Shown here piece after piece: positions 27,725-37,955 of a DNA stretch of 64,000 nt. The translations under genes and the position numbers were made by a program. The notes under the pieces are model-generated. The model saw nothing but the letters and a program-made list of their open reading frames with translations. It made no database searches and was not told the DNA's origin. Numbering within the stretch: position 1 is the stretch's first letter; the number at the start of each line of letters is the position of its first letter. The stretch comes from a virus: the IMG/VR virus record IMGVR_UViG_3300008117_000025, positions 96,001-160,000 of that record; one strand, given 5' to 3'.

Positions 27725-28843
27725 TTAAAATTTATTAATACCTGCTAACATTTGCCATCTAGCAACAGTATCGTTTACTTCAACGATTTGTTTTTTAGGG
27801 GCTACACCAGCAGCTTTAGAAGCAAATCCTAATGATTCTTTGATTGTGCTTTTCTTAGATTTTGCAATAGCACCATTCATTGATTCAAAAATAGCTTTAG
27901 CTTCTTTTGTAGTAGTTGCTTTATCGAATTGAGCAATTACTTTGAGTTTTTGTGATTCGTTCAAATTCTTAGCTTTGAAGATTTTGTTAACGTAAAGTAA
28001 CTTAGCATTGAGTAAGTTAGTTTCGTTTAATTCGTTACGAAGAGCATTGATAGTTTCAATTGCTTCTTTCATTTCTTTTTCATCTTCTTTTTTCTTCTTG
28101 TCGTCTTTTTTCTTAGCTTCGTACATATCATCTTTATCGTCGTCAGCTTCGTCTAAGGCATCAAGTTCAGCTAATAATTCTTCTAAATCGAAATCTTCTT
28201 CGATTTCTTCATCACCAGCTTCAGCGTCAACGTTTACAGCCACTTCATCTTCACCACCCATGTTACCCATGTCAGCGCTCATATCACCCATTTCTGGGGC
28301 TTCGCCACTACCCATTTCGGCAGAGATAATGTCTTTGATAATGTCTTTCAATTCGTCAACTGTTAAGTCGGTAATTTTGTCGGCTTCTTCAGCTTCTTCT
28401 TCTTCGGATTCCTCTTCTTCAGATTCTTCCTCTTCAGATTCTTCTTCTTCGCCTTCTTCAGCTTCATCAAGATCTTCTTTATCTTCTTTTTTACCTTCTT
28501 CAAGTTCATCTTCTTTACTTAATTCAGCTAAAATTTCAGATAAATCGAAATCTTCTTCAAGCTCATCGTCGCCTTCTTCTAATGAGGCGTGTAATTTTCT
28601 AGCATTAACGCGTTGAATGTCATCGGTAGCATAGTTGTCTGTTCCGAGTTCCATTTCATCAAGCTCTTCCTTGTCTTTAGCTTCGTCTAAATCTTCATCC
28701 ATTTCTTGTAACTTTGCAGCTAACATGGATTGAAGTTTTGGAGCAAGAGCTTCTTCAAGGGCAGCTTTAGCGTTTGCTAAGGCAGCTTCGCGAACGGCTT
28801 TAGCGTCGGCGATAGCCTCTTTGAATAAGTCTTTGTTTGACAT
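27725..28843 (-). CDS. Prohead scaffold/core protein (gp22-like); likely start MSNKD at 28843
   Basis: Acidic coiled coil; LNETNLLNAKLLYVNK; between protease and capsid genes; AAGGAG before the ATG at 28843. Confidence 0.8.
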   Translation of the reverse strand: MSNKDLFKEAIADAKAVREAALANAKAALEEALAPKLQSMLAAKLQEMDEDLDEAKDKEELDEMELGTDNYATDDIQRVNARKLHASLEEGDDELEEDFDLSEILAELSKEDELEEGKKEDKEDLDEAEEGEEEESEEEESEEEESEEEEAEEADKITDLTVDELKDIIKDIISAEMGSGEAPEMGDMSADMGNMGGEDEVAVNVDAEAGDEEIEEDFDLEELLAELDALDEADDDKDDMYEAKKKDDKKKKEDEKEMKEAIETINALRNELNETNLLNAKLLYVNKIFKAKNLNESQKLKVIAQFDKATTTKEAKAIFESMNGAIAKSKKSTIKESLGFASKAAGVAPKKQIVEVNDTVARWQMLAGINKF

Positions 28844-28963
28844 AAAATTGTTCTCCTTAAATTTAATTGAGGAAATAAGATTATTAGGAAATCTTAATAG
28901 GGGGTTTGTAATATACCCAGGTTGCATAAAGAATGGGCAACCTATTTAGGATGCCCATAAATA
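28844..28963 (-). promoter_or_regulatory. TATTTATG motif plus structured 5' leader of the scaffold-capsid operon
   Basis: Three hairpins and an alternative pairing (see findings). Confidence 0.5.
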
Positions 28964-28993
28964 TATGTAGATATGTAAAAACGCAAACTGTTT

Positions 28994-29599
28994 TTAAACA
29001 GCTGCTATCTTTTGTGCTAGTGCTATTACCTCAGATGTTTTAAAAGCGGATAAACCACCTTCTAAGCCTTTAACTATGGCAGTATGTGCATCTACTGCTC
29101 CCATTCCACTTGATATAGCAGCAGCTGCTAATATAGCAGCATATACACCATGAGCAGCATCATATAATTGTGATGATTTATCTTGTACTTCTTGTCCTTT
29201 AAATTTTTTAGGAAAAGATTTTTGTAAAATAACACCGATGGCATCTACGTATGCTTCTTCTAATTGATGACCCCAATGTTTAAGAGCATTACCTACTGCT
29301 GTTCCTTGTTTTTTATCTTTTTGAAAAATAGAAGCAATACCATTTACAGCTTTACCAGCTAAATTTATTAATCCAGGAGCACCAGCAATTAGGCCTAAAG
29401 CTAAACCAGCGGCTTCATCAATTTCACCATCATTTGGAGATAATTGAACTGAGTTTGCTCCTGATTTAAGCATATTTAGTGCTAATTTTAGTCCTTGTTC
29501 AGCATCTTTATCAGCTACAGGATCAACTTGTTCGGCTTCAGTAATAATACCGGCTAATTGTTGCCAACGTTTTGCTTCTTGTATTAACATAGTGGACAT
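28994..29599 (-). CDS. Hypothetical head-associated protein with hydrophobic helices
   Basis: RWQQLAGIITE leader; Ala/Gly-rich hydrophobic segments. Confidence 0.75.
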   Translation of the reverse strand: MSTMLIQEAKRWQQLAGIITEAEQVDPVADKDAEQGLKLALNMLKSGANSVQLSPNDGEIDEAAGLALGLIAGAPGLINLAGKAVNGIASIFQKDKKQGTAVGNALKHWGHQLEEAYVDAIGVILQKSFPKKFKGQEVQDKSSQLYDAAHGVYAAILAAAAISSGMGAVDAHTAIVKGLEGGLSAFKTSEVIALAQKIAAV

Positions 29600-30201
29600 A
29601 CTCCTGTTGCGTTACAAATAATTTCAGTTATTAAGCTATTTACTTTGCTATAATCTTTTATAGAACCAAATTTCTTTGACTCAGCTAATTGCATATATGC
29701 TTGTGGAGTTGAAGGTACTGATACTAGATCCCAACACAATAGTTCGAAATCATCTTGTACTTCAACTGTTTCGCCTAATTGCTTAACAGAGCCCATACCA
29801 CGAGATGAAATACCAAGTGGAATACCAGACATTACTAATGCTTTAGCGATATTGCCTGAAGGTGTAGGTAATAATTGTAATTTACCCATTAAATCATTTC
29901 CTTTCCACCATACCTCAGTAATAACGTGGGAAGTATTTGCAAGGTTTACAACAGATGCTTCAGGATGATCGAGTTCTCCTAAGGCAGTACGTGTTTTTAC
30001 TGGTCCATCTGTGTATTTTTTTACTTCTCTTTCAAGAATTTCGCGAGGATATACACGACCATTGCCATTCTTTTGCTCAGCTTCTTGTAATTTACCAACA
30101 AGGGTAACAAGGTTTTTACCTTCACCTAATTGTTTATTTTCAACAATGGTTAGGTTTGCTGTTTGGAATGGAGTGTGATCTATTAATAATGATTTATTCA
30201 T
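29584..30201 (-). CDS. gp21: Prohead protease, T4 gp21 family
   Basis: NGNGRVYPREIL, ALGELDHP, GISSRGMGS, WDLVSVPSTPQAY. Confidence 0.95.
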   Translation of the reverse strand: MNKSLLIDHTPFQTANLTIVENKQLGEGKNLVTLVGKLQEAEQKNGNGRVYPREILEREVKKYTDGPVKTRTALGELDHPEASVVNLANTSHVITEVWWKGNDLMGKLQLLPTPSGNIAKALVMSGIPLGISSRGMGSVKQLGETVEVQDDFELLCWDLVSVPSTPQAYMQLAESKKFGSIKDYSKVNSLITEIICNATGVCPLC

Positions 30202-30202
30202 A

Positions 30203-32089
30203 TTAGTATTCGTTTTCAGCGTCTAAATTATCTCTACCATCATAATATTCAGCAATTACTTCACGTACAACTTCTTCTAATGATGATTTAAATTTATCAA
30301 ATGAAGCACCTAAATCTTTTTTATCACCAACAGAGGGTAATTGTCCCATAGCCTGTTTAACAGCGTGTCTTAATGATTTTTCATTATATACGGGGTGTGA
30401 TATAACTGTTTTATAGGTATCTTCTAATTCTTCTTCTTCAATTTCAACACCAGGAATAATTTTTTTTAATTCTTCTGCTTCTACATTATTCAAAGTACCA
30501 CTAAACATAAATTCACCACCAGCCTCATTTAACTTTTTTTTTGAATCTTTAACTTTAACCATTTGATTAGCTTTATCAACTAATTCAACTGCTTCTTTTT
30601 TCTTTCTAGCCTTTTTCTCTTCAGGTGCTTTAACTTTAGGAGCTGAAGGTGATTCAACGCCAGCTAATTTTAATGCTGTGTAGTAGAATGGATTTTCTCT
30701 TAAATGATCCAAAGCAATTTTCTTTGCTTTATCTAAATCATCTGTATGTTCCAATTCAACTTTAATACCCATTCTTACTTCTTGTGGATGGAATTGATTG
30801 GGATGATCTGCTACTGCTTCTTTTTTCTTTTTAGCTTCATTAATTTTTCCTTCTGTAGGAGCAGACATTTCATCACCCATATTTCCTGGGTATAAGTCAA
30901 CACTTTCACCACGATTTCTAACAAACTTATCTAATATATGATCAATAAGTCCTTCAGAATTATCAAAGTAATAACTTTTATCTTTTTTAAATTCAGGAGT
31001 ACGGAAATAAGCATCAATTTCTTCAAAAGATTCGTATGGTATTTCTTCTCCACTTTCTTTTTCGTATCTTTGGTTTATATAATCGTGTAATCTTTCAAGA
31101 TCATAAGATGTTTTATCACTAGGATCATCCCATCCATAATAACCTTCATCCATATTTTTTAAACTTTCACTTGCATCCATACCATAGGCATCAAACATAT
31201 CAGGATCTTCATAGTCTTCATCTTCAGGATAAAATTGATCATCAACGACTTGAATTGATTTAGGATCAACATATATAAATCCTTCTCTATCTATTGAAGA
31301 AATAGTAGCAGTATATCTAGTATCATCTTCATCATATAAATCTACTGTTCCTCCAGGAGCATCAGGTTCACCACTTTGATTATCAACATACAATGTTTTA
31401 CCATTATACTCATAAGTAGGTTCATCAGTATATTCTTCACTAAGTCCACCTTCAAAATCTTGGAATTTAGTATATTTGCCTGCTTCTTCTTCTTCACCTC
31501 TAGAGATCATGTCTTCGATATCAGCATCTTCATTACCACTGAACATTGCTACAATTTGTTTAGCAGCATCTAATGGATTTTCAAATTTATCTTTTAAATT
31601 ACGTTCAGTAGTATTATCCATATAATCCTTAATATCCTCAAATACTTCTGCTGAAATATCAGGATATTCGTTTTCAATTACACCCCATATACGTCCTTTG
31701 TAAGAAGCAGCATATTTTTCTTCTGGGTCGTAATACTCAGTTAAATCACCTTCATGTCCTTCAACATCAACAGCATCTTGTGGGAACATAGATTCTAATT
31801 CATCTGGGTCCATGCCTGTATTTTGGGCTAGGAGTTCTAAAGCTTCAGAATATGAGTATCCTTTAGCAAGAAGATTTTTAAAATCATTTTCAACACCACC
31901 TAATTCAGCGTTGCGGTTAAGATCACCTTCAGTTAAAATAGCCTTGTTTTTAAGGATTTTAACAGCATCTTTAAATGAAGTTACATTAGTAATGTATTGA
32001 GGCATCATCATACGAACATTTCTCATAAAGTTCGATTGTGACATTTTGCCTTCTTTCAAATCGCGATATTGGTTTGCTATACTTTTCAT
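30203..32089 (-). CDS. Acidic putative head-internal protein with a DUF5661-like segment
   Basis: MGIKVELEHTDDLDKAKKIALDHLRENPFYY; many L/I-x-E sites. Confidence 0.7.
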   Translation of the reverse strand: MKSIANQYRDLKEGKMSQSNFMRNVRMMMPQYITNVTSFKDAVKILKNKAILTEGDLNRNAELGGVENDFKNLLAKGYSYSEALELLAQNTGMDPDELESMFPQDAVDVEGHEGDLTEYYDPEEKYAASYKGRIWGVIENEYPDISAEVFEDIKDYMDNTTERNLKDKFENPLDAAKQIVAMFSGNEDADIEDMISRGEEEEAGKYTKFQDFEGGLSEEYTDEPTYEYNGKTLYVDNQSGEPDAPGGTVDLYDEDDTRYTATISSIDREGFIYVDPKSIQVVDDQFYPEDEDYEDPDMFDAYGMDASESLKNMDEGYYGWDDPSDKTSYDLERLHDYINQRYEKESGEEIPYESFEEIDAYFRTPEFKKDKSYYFDNSEGLIDHILDKFVRNRGESVDLYPGNMGDEMSAPTEGKINEAKKKKEAVADHPNQFHPQEVRMGIKVELEHTDDLDKAKKIALDHLRENPFYYTALKLAGVESPSAPKVKAPEEKKARKKKEAVELVDKANQMVKVKDSKKKLNEAGGEFMFSGTLNNVEAEELKKIIPGVEIEEEELEDTYKTVISHPVYNEKSLRHAVKQAMGQLPSVGDKKDLGASFDKFKSSLEEVVREVIAEYYDGRDNLDAENEY

Positions 32090-32091
32090 AG

Positions 32092-32226
32092 TTATCTTCC
32101 TTGGCCACGATAGTTTTTTTCGCTTCTATCGTGTTTGTTAAATGATTTTTTTGCTTTACCTAATTTACGTTTACCAAAGGTGATCTTACGGGATTCACCC
32201 ATTTTGGAACCTTTTGCTTTAGCCAT
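32092..32226 (-). CDS. Small basic protein, 44 aa (below the ORF-track cutoff)
   Basis: MAKAKGSKMGESRKITFGKRKLGKAKKSFNKHDRSEKNYRGQGR fills the gap between flanking genes. Confidence 0.75.
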   Translation of the reverse strand: MAKAKGSKMGESRKITFGKRKLGKAKKSFNKHDRSEKNYRGQGR

Positions 32227-32275
32227 TATTGGTACAAGTTTTTAATTTTGTTATTTATTTTAAATTTAGATAGAT

Positions 32276-32635
32276 TTACATCTGTTCCTGATTGTAATCT
32301 TCTTTATAGTATCTAATATTATCAGCAATATCATCAAGTTCTCCTACACGTTTATTGAATAAAAGTCTTTTTAGTTTAGGATATGGAGTATCTTCTATTT
32401 CATCATCAAAACTTTCAATGGCCTGTAATAGATTGTTATATTCACTGGATTTTTTGCCGGTTTCAGTCCATTGCATAACATCATCGTAATGTTTTAATAA
32501 TATATCTCTATTGACAACAATATATTTGACAAATTCTTCTTTATTATCATCAATATCAAAACTCATACCTTCATTTATTTTTAAAATACCAGCTAATTGC
32601 TGCATTCTTTTTATTTCGTTGATTTGCTGTTTCAT
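32276..32635 (-). CDS. Hypothetical head-associated protein
   Basis: INEIKRMQQLAGILKINE leader. Confidence 0.75.
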   Translation of the reverse strand: MKQQINEIKRMQQLAGILKINEGMSFDIDDNKEEFVKYIVVNRDILLKHYDDVMQWTETGKKSSEYNNLLQAIESFDDEIEDTPYPKLKRLLFNKRVGELDDIADNIRYYKEDYNQEQM

Positions 32636-33165
32636 TATTGATGCAAATTTTTAATTTTGTTATTTAAATGATTTACCATTTCGGAAATTTTACCAATGTT
32701 ATTTTGGGTAGCTTTCCAATATTTTATTCCTTCTTCACCTTCACTTAATTCTTGCTTCATGCGAGAAGTATATTCTACAATACGATCAATTTCAGCTAAT
32801 TTACGTTTTACTTCACGAATTGCTTTATGTAATTGTTCAGATTTGGTTCTGAATTTTACATCTTTTTTAAACTTAGAATATGTTACTTCGTTAAGTAATT
32901 CTTGCTCGATAATTTTTAATAGTGATTCGTTCATAGCAGATTTTTTACCTTTCCATAATTCTTTATAATCAAGCACTTTAGAATTTTTAGGCATTCCTGG
33001 TGCTAATTTCCATCCTGATCTTTGTGCTTGTTTAGTAGCGGCGTTTGGGCCTTGCCCTTTTTTAGCAAATGCTAGTGGAGTAGAATATGCTTCTCCACTA
33101 CCAGTAGTAGACATTTCTTCTAGCTGTTGACGTATTAGGGATTTTATGTATTCTTTTAAATTCAT
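32635..33165 (-). CDS. Hypothetical head-associated protein
   Basis: LKEYIKSLIRQQLEE leader; coupled starts. Confidence 0.75.
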   Translation of the reverse strand: MNLKEYIKSLIRQQLEEMSTTGSGEAYSTPLAFAKKGQGPNAATKQAQRSGWKLAPGMPKNSKVLDYKELWKGKKSAMNESLLKIIEQELLNEVTYSKFKKDVKFRTKSEQLHKAIREVKRKLAEIDRIVEYTSRMKQELSEGEEGIKYWKATQNNIGKISEMVNHLNNKIKNLHQ

Positions 33166-33500
33166 TATTTTAAAGTAACTTCAAATATTATTCCACTTAT
33201 AGGGCTTGTTATTTTTTTAGTTTTAGGATCCTCTACGTGACCAAACTGATGATTAAAAGCAGAAACAGAACATTCAATCACAAATGTTCCTGCTACTTTA
33301 CTAAAATCACTAAGTCTAGATATTTTATGTACATTTATACTATAATCATTGTTAATTTTAATTGGACCCATTTCTCCAACAAAATTATTCATTATATCAC
33401 ATATTTTACTCTTAGGAAGATTTATTTTATATTTTTTCCCAGACTCAAAATTAATTGGAGCTCCTTCTTTTATCCCAGCTAATTCTTGTAGTCTATTCAT
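33165..33500 (-). CDS. Hypothetical head-associated protein
   Basis: MNRLQELAGIKE leader. Confidence 0.75.
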   Translation of the reverse strand: MNRLQELAGIKEGAPINFESGKKYKINLPKSKICDIMNNFVGEMGPIKINNDYSINVHKISRLSDFSKVAGTFVIECSVSAFNHQFGHVEDPKTKKITSPISGIIFEVTLK

Positions 33501-33501
33501 T

Positions 33502-34356
33502 TTATTTAGCGCTTTTTAATTCTTCTATTAATTGATAATATTGCAAAAGAGAAACAATATTTTCATCTTTTACATTTTGTGTTTTGTCTAATGGATGTAA
33601 TAAGGTAACCACTTCAGCCAATTTAATCTGAGTGGTTTTATCGGCTACTGAAGGTATTAATTTTTTAATTTCTTCAGTAATAGTATTGAAATTAGTATTA
33701 ACAAAATCACGTAATTTAGTTGTATTACTAATATTATTAATAAATTCTTTCAATATGAGTTTTTGGCGATCTGATAAAGTAGCATATTTGCTGTTGAATT
33801 TCTCCAACAACATGCGATAAGCAAGTATACGAGAACCCTTATCCATATTAGCATATTCTTCCATTACACGATCTTTAACACCTTCCTTATTTACTTCTTT
33901 ACGTGTAATGTGCTCTAATAATGTAATCTTATTATCAATGATTTGCTGTGGGTCAGTAAATTCAAGTGAATTGTGTACCTCGATTAAATTATATACAGCA
34001 GCATACTGTGAGTAGTTATTGATTTTGGCTTTGAAGAATTCTTCAATGTCGTATGTTTCACGTATTTCCTTAATCAAATTGTATTTTTCCTTACGTAAAG
34101 CCGTTTTGTTTAAACGCAAAGAAGCATCCAACGTTGCGTTGATGAATGTTTCAGCTTTAGCTTCACTTAATGATTTAGGAGATACTAAGGTTTGATATAA
34201 TTTATATTCTTTAGCTAATTCGGATTTGCCAAAATATTTTCTAACCAATCCAACAGCCGCAGAATCTTTATTAGAAATGGTATCTGAGGCTATTTGGCGA
34301 ACCAATAGCTCGAATAAGATACCAGTATTCTTGAACTTGCTGTGTTTAATTTTCAT
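33502..34356 (-). CDS. Helical protein downstream of portal (possible prohead core)
   Basis: MKIKHSKFKNTGILFELLVRQI...; position between portal and protease. Confidence 0.7.
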   Translation of the reverse strand: MKIKHSKFKNTGILFELLVRQIASDTISNKDSAAVGLVRKYFGKSELAKEYKLYQTLVSPKSLSEAKAETFINATLDASLRLNKTALRKEKYNLIKEIRETYDIEEFFKAKINNYSQYAAVYNLIEVHNSLEFTDPQQIIDNKITLLEHITRKEVNKEGVKDRVMEEYANMDKGSRILAYRMLLEKFNSKYATLSDRQKLILKEFINNISNTTKLRDFVNTNFNTITEEIKKLIPSVADKTTQIKLAEVVTLLHPLDKTQNVKDENIVSLLQYYQLIEELKSAK

Positions 34357-34376
34357 AATGAATAGTATGCACTATC

Positions 34377-34384
34377 TATAAATA
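34377..34384 (-). promoter_or_regulatory. Putative late-promoter motif TATTTATA
   Basis: 20 nt before the ATG at 34356. Confidence 0.5.
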
Positions 34385-34389
34385 TTTAA

Positions 34390-36276
34390 TTATTGTACGC
34401 CCTTGATATTTTTTTCATCTAATAGTGATGGTTCTTGTTCAGGTTTGAACACTAATTCTTTGCGAACTATATTCATACCTTCAAACAAATGCTTATTTCT
34501 TTTCAATTCATTTAATGCTAATGGTGAACCACCTTTTGGTGTTCCTTCACCAGTTTCATTAGGAGTTGATAAAGTATTATTAGCTATCTTACCTGTTCTG
34601 TCCTTACCTAATGGATCTTGTTGTGTTCCAACTATAGATGCTCTTTCTTTAGGACGACCAGGTTTTTTCTCATCATATCCAGCAGGTACAGGACCATTAT
34701 CGTTCATTCCTGATCTGCCTTTACCATATAATGATGCTAAATCGTGTGGTGTACCAAATGATCTACCTGTTTTAGCTGGGTCGTTGCCTTCATTTTCAAT
34801 TTGAGCTAAACGGAATACGCGTTTTTTATCTTCAATCATTAAATCACGGTATTCATCAAATTCATCTTCACTAAATTGGAATATTTTATCATAAATCCAA
34901 TCTGAAGGGAGTAAATTGGTATCCTGGATTGATTTAGCTAGGTCAACTTTTTCCTTCCATAATGCTATTTTTTCTTGTTCGTAGATTATAGATGGAACTG
35001 TTAAAGATAATTCAAAGTTTGACAATGCTTCACCATCATATCCTTGAACATATAAATGCACTAATGCAATTTTATACAATTCAGATAATGCAATACGTTG
35101 AATACGTTCTACTGTGCGAGCGAAGCGAATATCTTCAGCAGCTAATGTAGCTTTACCTTCAAGATCTTTTTCAAATCCAAAGAATGCTTTAGGCACTTTT
35201 AACGCAGCTAACATTTCATCACGTAAGAAATTTACGTCTTCAATTGCATTATATTCAAGACCTTTAATGGTATCAATCTTAGTTGCTGTATCATTACCAC
35301 GAGTTGGAAGATAAAAGTCTTCCATCATGTTTTGTACATTATATTTTAAATTATATTCACCAGTTTGTTGATCAACATATGGAGTTTTCTTCATCTTCTG
35401 CATTATTTTCTGCATGAATCCGTCAACTTCATGTGGTGGAATATTACCAACATTAACAGTGAATACGCGTTTTTCTGGGGCGCGAGTAATACGATGCAAC
35501 AACATTGCATCTTTCATTAGCACATATTGCTTATATGTTTTACGAGCAGGCTCAATGTACGATCTACCATAAGGTAAATAGTTAGCATCAGTTAATAATC
35601 TAAAGTGAGCTACTTCGTAGTTTTCAAGTATAATTTTACCCTCTTTATCTTTAGGACGATCAATCATACTACCACCCATAGCAATAACCATAGGATCGAT
35701 TCTAAAACGTACTAAAGATGGATTGTGAGGGTCTAATCCTTCCTCACGAATCATATCATAAACAGATAATGGTGTTACATTGTATACACCAAATTGATCT
35801 GCTATTTCAAGGTGTAAATAGAAATCACCATATTTACACATGTTTCTAATCCACAACCATAAGTTAAATTCGATGTTTAAAACATCGTAAAATAAATTAT
35901 AAAGAATACGCTGGATATTATCGTCAGCGCTTCTAATTTGTAATATTTCACCTACTTCGTTTTTTAAAGTAGATTCATCAGAAATAATGTCAAGAGTAGA
36001 TGCAATGATTGATTCTGTATCCATAGCTTCATAGTCAGTATACAACTGAATACGAAGTGTTTGGTAATTCATTGTAGGGTTGTATGGCATATTAGCGCCA
36101 TAGCGGTGTAGCTTAGTAAATCTATCAATAAGAGCGTTGGTCTTTACATTACCATATGCTTGAATTTTATCAACATCTATGGTTTTTAATTGATTGCCAC
36201 CAACATTTCTTATAATAACGTCTGTGCTGAAGAGACGTCTTAATCTATCGAATAAGCCTATTTGATTTTCAGCCAT
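34390..36276 (-). CDS. gp20: Portal protein, T4 gp20 family
   Basis: LPYGRSYIEPARK, HRITRAPEKRVF, EDFYLPTRG, TKIDTIKG, ALKVPKAF, EDIRFARTV. Confidence 0.95.
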   Translation of the reverse strand: MAENQIGLFDRLRRLFSTDVIIRNVGGNQLKTIDVDKIQAYGNVKTNALIDRFTKLHRYGANMPYNPTMNYQTLRIQLYTDYEAMDTESIIASTLDIISDESTLKNEVGEILQIRSADDNIQRILYNLFYDVLNIEFNLWLWIRNMCKYGDFYLHLEIADQFGVYNVTPLSVYDMIREEGLDPHNPSLVRFRIDPMVIAMGGSMIDRPKDKEGKIILENYEVAHFRLLTDANYLPYGRSYIEPARKTYKQYVLMKDAMLLHRITRAPEKRVFTVNVGNIPPHEVDGFMQKIMQKMKKTPYVDQQTGEYNLKYNVQNMMEDFYLPTRGNDTATKIDTIKGLEYNAIEDVNFLRDEMLAALKVPKAFFGFEKDLEGKATLAAEDIRFARTVERIQRIALSELYKIALVHLYVQGYDGEALSNFELSLTVPSIIYEQEKIALWKEKVDLAKSIQDTNLLPSDWIYDKIFQFSEDEFDEYRDLMIEDKKRVFRLAQIENEGNDPAKTGRSFGTPHDLASLYGKGRSGMNDNGPVPAGYDEKKPGRPKERASIVGTQQDPLGKDRTGKIANNTLSTPNETGEGTPKGGSPLALNELKRNKHLFEGMNIVRKELVFKPEQEPSLLDEKNIKGVQ

Positions 36277-36298
36277 GTTTTGTATTTAATAATATACC

Positions 36299-36312
36299 AA
36301 TAAATATTTATT
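36299..36312 (-). promoter_or_regulatory. TATTTATT motif inside the 14-bp palindrome AATAAATATTTATT
   Basis: Between the terminase stop and the portal start. Confidence 0.5.
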
Positions 36313-37891
36313 AACCAAGTACCCATGAAATATCTTCGAATCCCCCACGACCATCATTAATCATGAATGGGTTTTGATATCCACTAGGTACTGTTGGTCC
36401 TCCTATATAACCTGTTTTAGTAATACTAGATACCATAGCCCTGTTTAAATCCATACCCTGCTCATAAAATTTCATTGCAGTATCTCTTGTAAACAAACCT
36501 ATACCTAAAGACATTACTAAATCATCGTTATAACCGTTTTGTGCTTGAGCTTTACCATTTTGCCAAATAAACACACGTAATTCTTCTAATAAACGTTTTG
36601 ATCTAAACACAAAGACCTTCTCTCGAATGTACGACTCCATTTTTGAAACAACAAGGGGTCTTGTTTTGGATGACATTGTAAAACCAGGAACCGTTTGTTC
36701 TTTATCCATTTTATCTAGCCATTTATCTATATGCATTTCACCATAAGCACGAGGTGAATAATATAATTTTTGATATCCTTTTTCTATAATAGTATTAATA
36801 ACGTCCCATCCAACATTCGCATTCTCCACCACGAGCAAAGCATTATTATACTCAGTAGCAACAGAAACAAGCATGTTTCCAAAAGTACGAGTGTCAATTT
36901 GCGATTTATATTCAGCCACTTGCTCACAAGTCGTCGCATCAATGACATGGAAAGCAGAAAAGTCGCTACCATCTCCGCGAGCAACATCAGCACATACAAG
37001 ATACTGCTTACTATAATCAGGATACTGCCAAATCCAATAGTCGCCACCCATAAACCTGCGTTCCACAGGATCTTGTAAATATGTTTCTTCATAAAATGAT
37101 AATAAATCAGGTTCAACTACTGAATTACCAGAACCTAAAAAGTCACATTCATATTCCTGAGCAAATTCTCTAGGTGACATGTTTGTTCTTTCTCTTTGTT
37201 CCCAAGCTTCATCTCTATCTGGATGTAGGCTCCAAGGTAGTTTAATTGCTTTAAAGTCGTTTTTACCTATTTCAGCCTCAGCATACATTCTATGAAACCA
37301 GTTACCTACACCATTTGGAGAAGATAAAGCAATAATTCCTCCACCTGTTGCAATTGTAGGTTTAATACTTGTATAAATTCTATCAATACCCTCAATAAAC
37401 GCAGCCTCATCCACTAATAATAAAGACACGGCGTAGGATCGACCTGCATCTGATGCTGCTGATGTAGCTACAATTTGAGAGTTATTAGCTAATTTAAGTG
37501 ATAATTTATTGTCTGAAACTGGTTTTTGATTGCCTTTTAGCCAGCTAGGTAGGTTATTATACATAAACTGTACCTTTTCAACCATGCCTTTAGCTGTTTC
37601 TTGTTTTGTTGCTATACAAAGTACTGTTTTGTCTTTTTGAAATAACATCATCCACAAAGAAAAACCAGCAACTAATGTTGATATACCTAACTGTCTTGAT
37701 TTATTAATGATACAGAAACGATTATTTCTAAAATCATTTAGTGTTTGTTCCTGGAATGGGTAAAGGTGAAATAAAATTCTGCCTTTGATTGGGTGTGTAA
37801 TATAACAGTATTTACGGAAGAAATGTACAGGATCAGTAGCACACTTAACATATTCCTGTTTAATTATTTCTTTAATATTGGCTTGACTCAT
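36311..37891 (-). CDS. gp17: Terminase large subunit, T4 gp17 family; likely start MSQANIKE at 37891
   Basis: KSRQLGIST (Walker A), LLVDEAAF (Walker B), SSPNG, ADVARGDGSDFS, DDLVMS. Confidence 0.95.
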   Translation of the reverse strand: MSQANIKEIIKQEYVKCATDPVHFFRKYCYITHPIKGRILFHLYPFQEQTLNDFRNNRFCIINKSRQLGISTLVAGFSLWMMLFQKDKTVLCIATKQETAKGMVEKVQFMYNNLPSWLKGNQKPVSDNKLSLKLANNSQIVATSAASDAGRSYAVSLLLVDEAAFIEGIDRIYTSIKPTIATGGGIIALSSPNGVGNWFHRMYAEAEIGKNDFKAIKLPWSLHPDRDEAWEQRERTNMSPREFAQEYECDFLGSGNSVVEPDLLSFYEETYLQDPVERRFMGGDYWIWQYPDYSKQYLVCADVARGDGSDFSAFHVIDATTCEQVAEYKSQIDTRTFGNMLVSVATEYNNALLVVENANVGWDVINTIIEKGYQKLYYSPRAYGEMHIDKWLDKMDKEQTVPGFTMSSKTRPLVVSKMESYIREKVFVFRSKRLLEELRVFIWQNGKAQAQNGYNDDLVMSLGIGLFTRDTAMKFYEQGMDLNRAMVSSITKTGYIGGPTVPSGYQNPFMINDGRGGFEDISWVLG

Positions 37892-37894
37892 ATA

Positions 37895-37902
37895 TATAAA
37901 TA
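37895..37902 (-). promoter_or_regulatory. Putative late-promoter motif TATTTATA
   Basis: 3 nt before the terminase ATG, just after a hairpin. Confidence 0.45.
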
Positions 37903-37911
37903 TATAAGGGA

Positions 37912-37934
37912 AGCCCAATCTTATCGATTGGGCT
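37912..37934 (-). terminator. Terminator-like hairpin
   Basis: AGCCCAATC-GATAA-GATTGGGCT; weak U-tract. Confidence 0.6.
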
Positions 37935-37955
37935 CGCGTATGGGCATGCAAGAGT

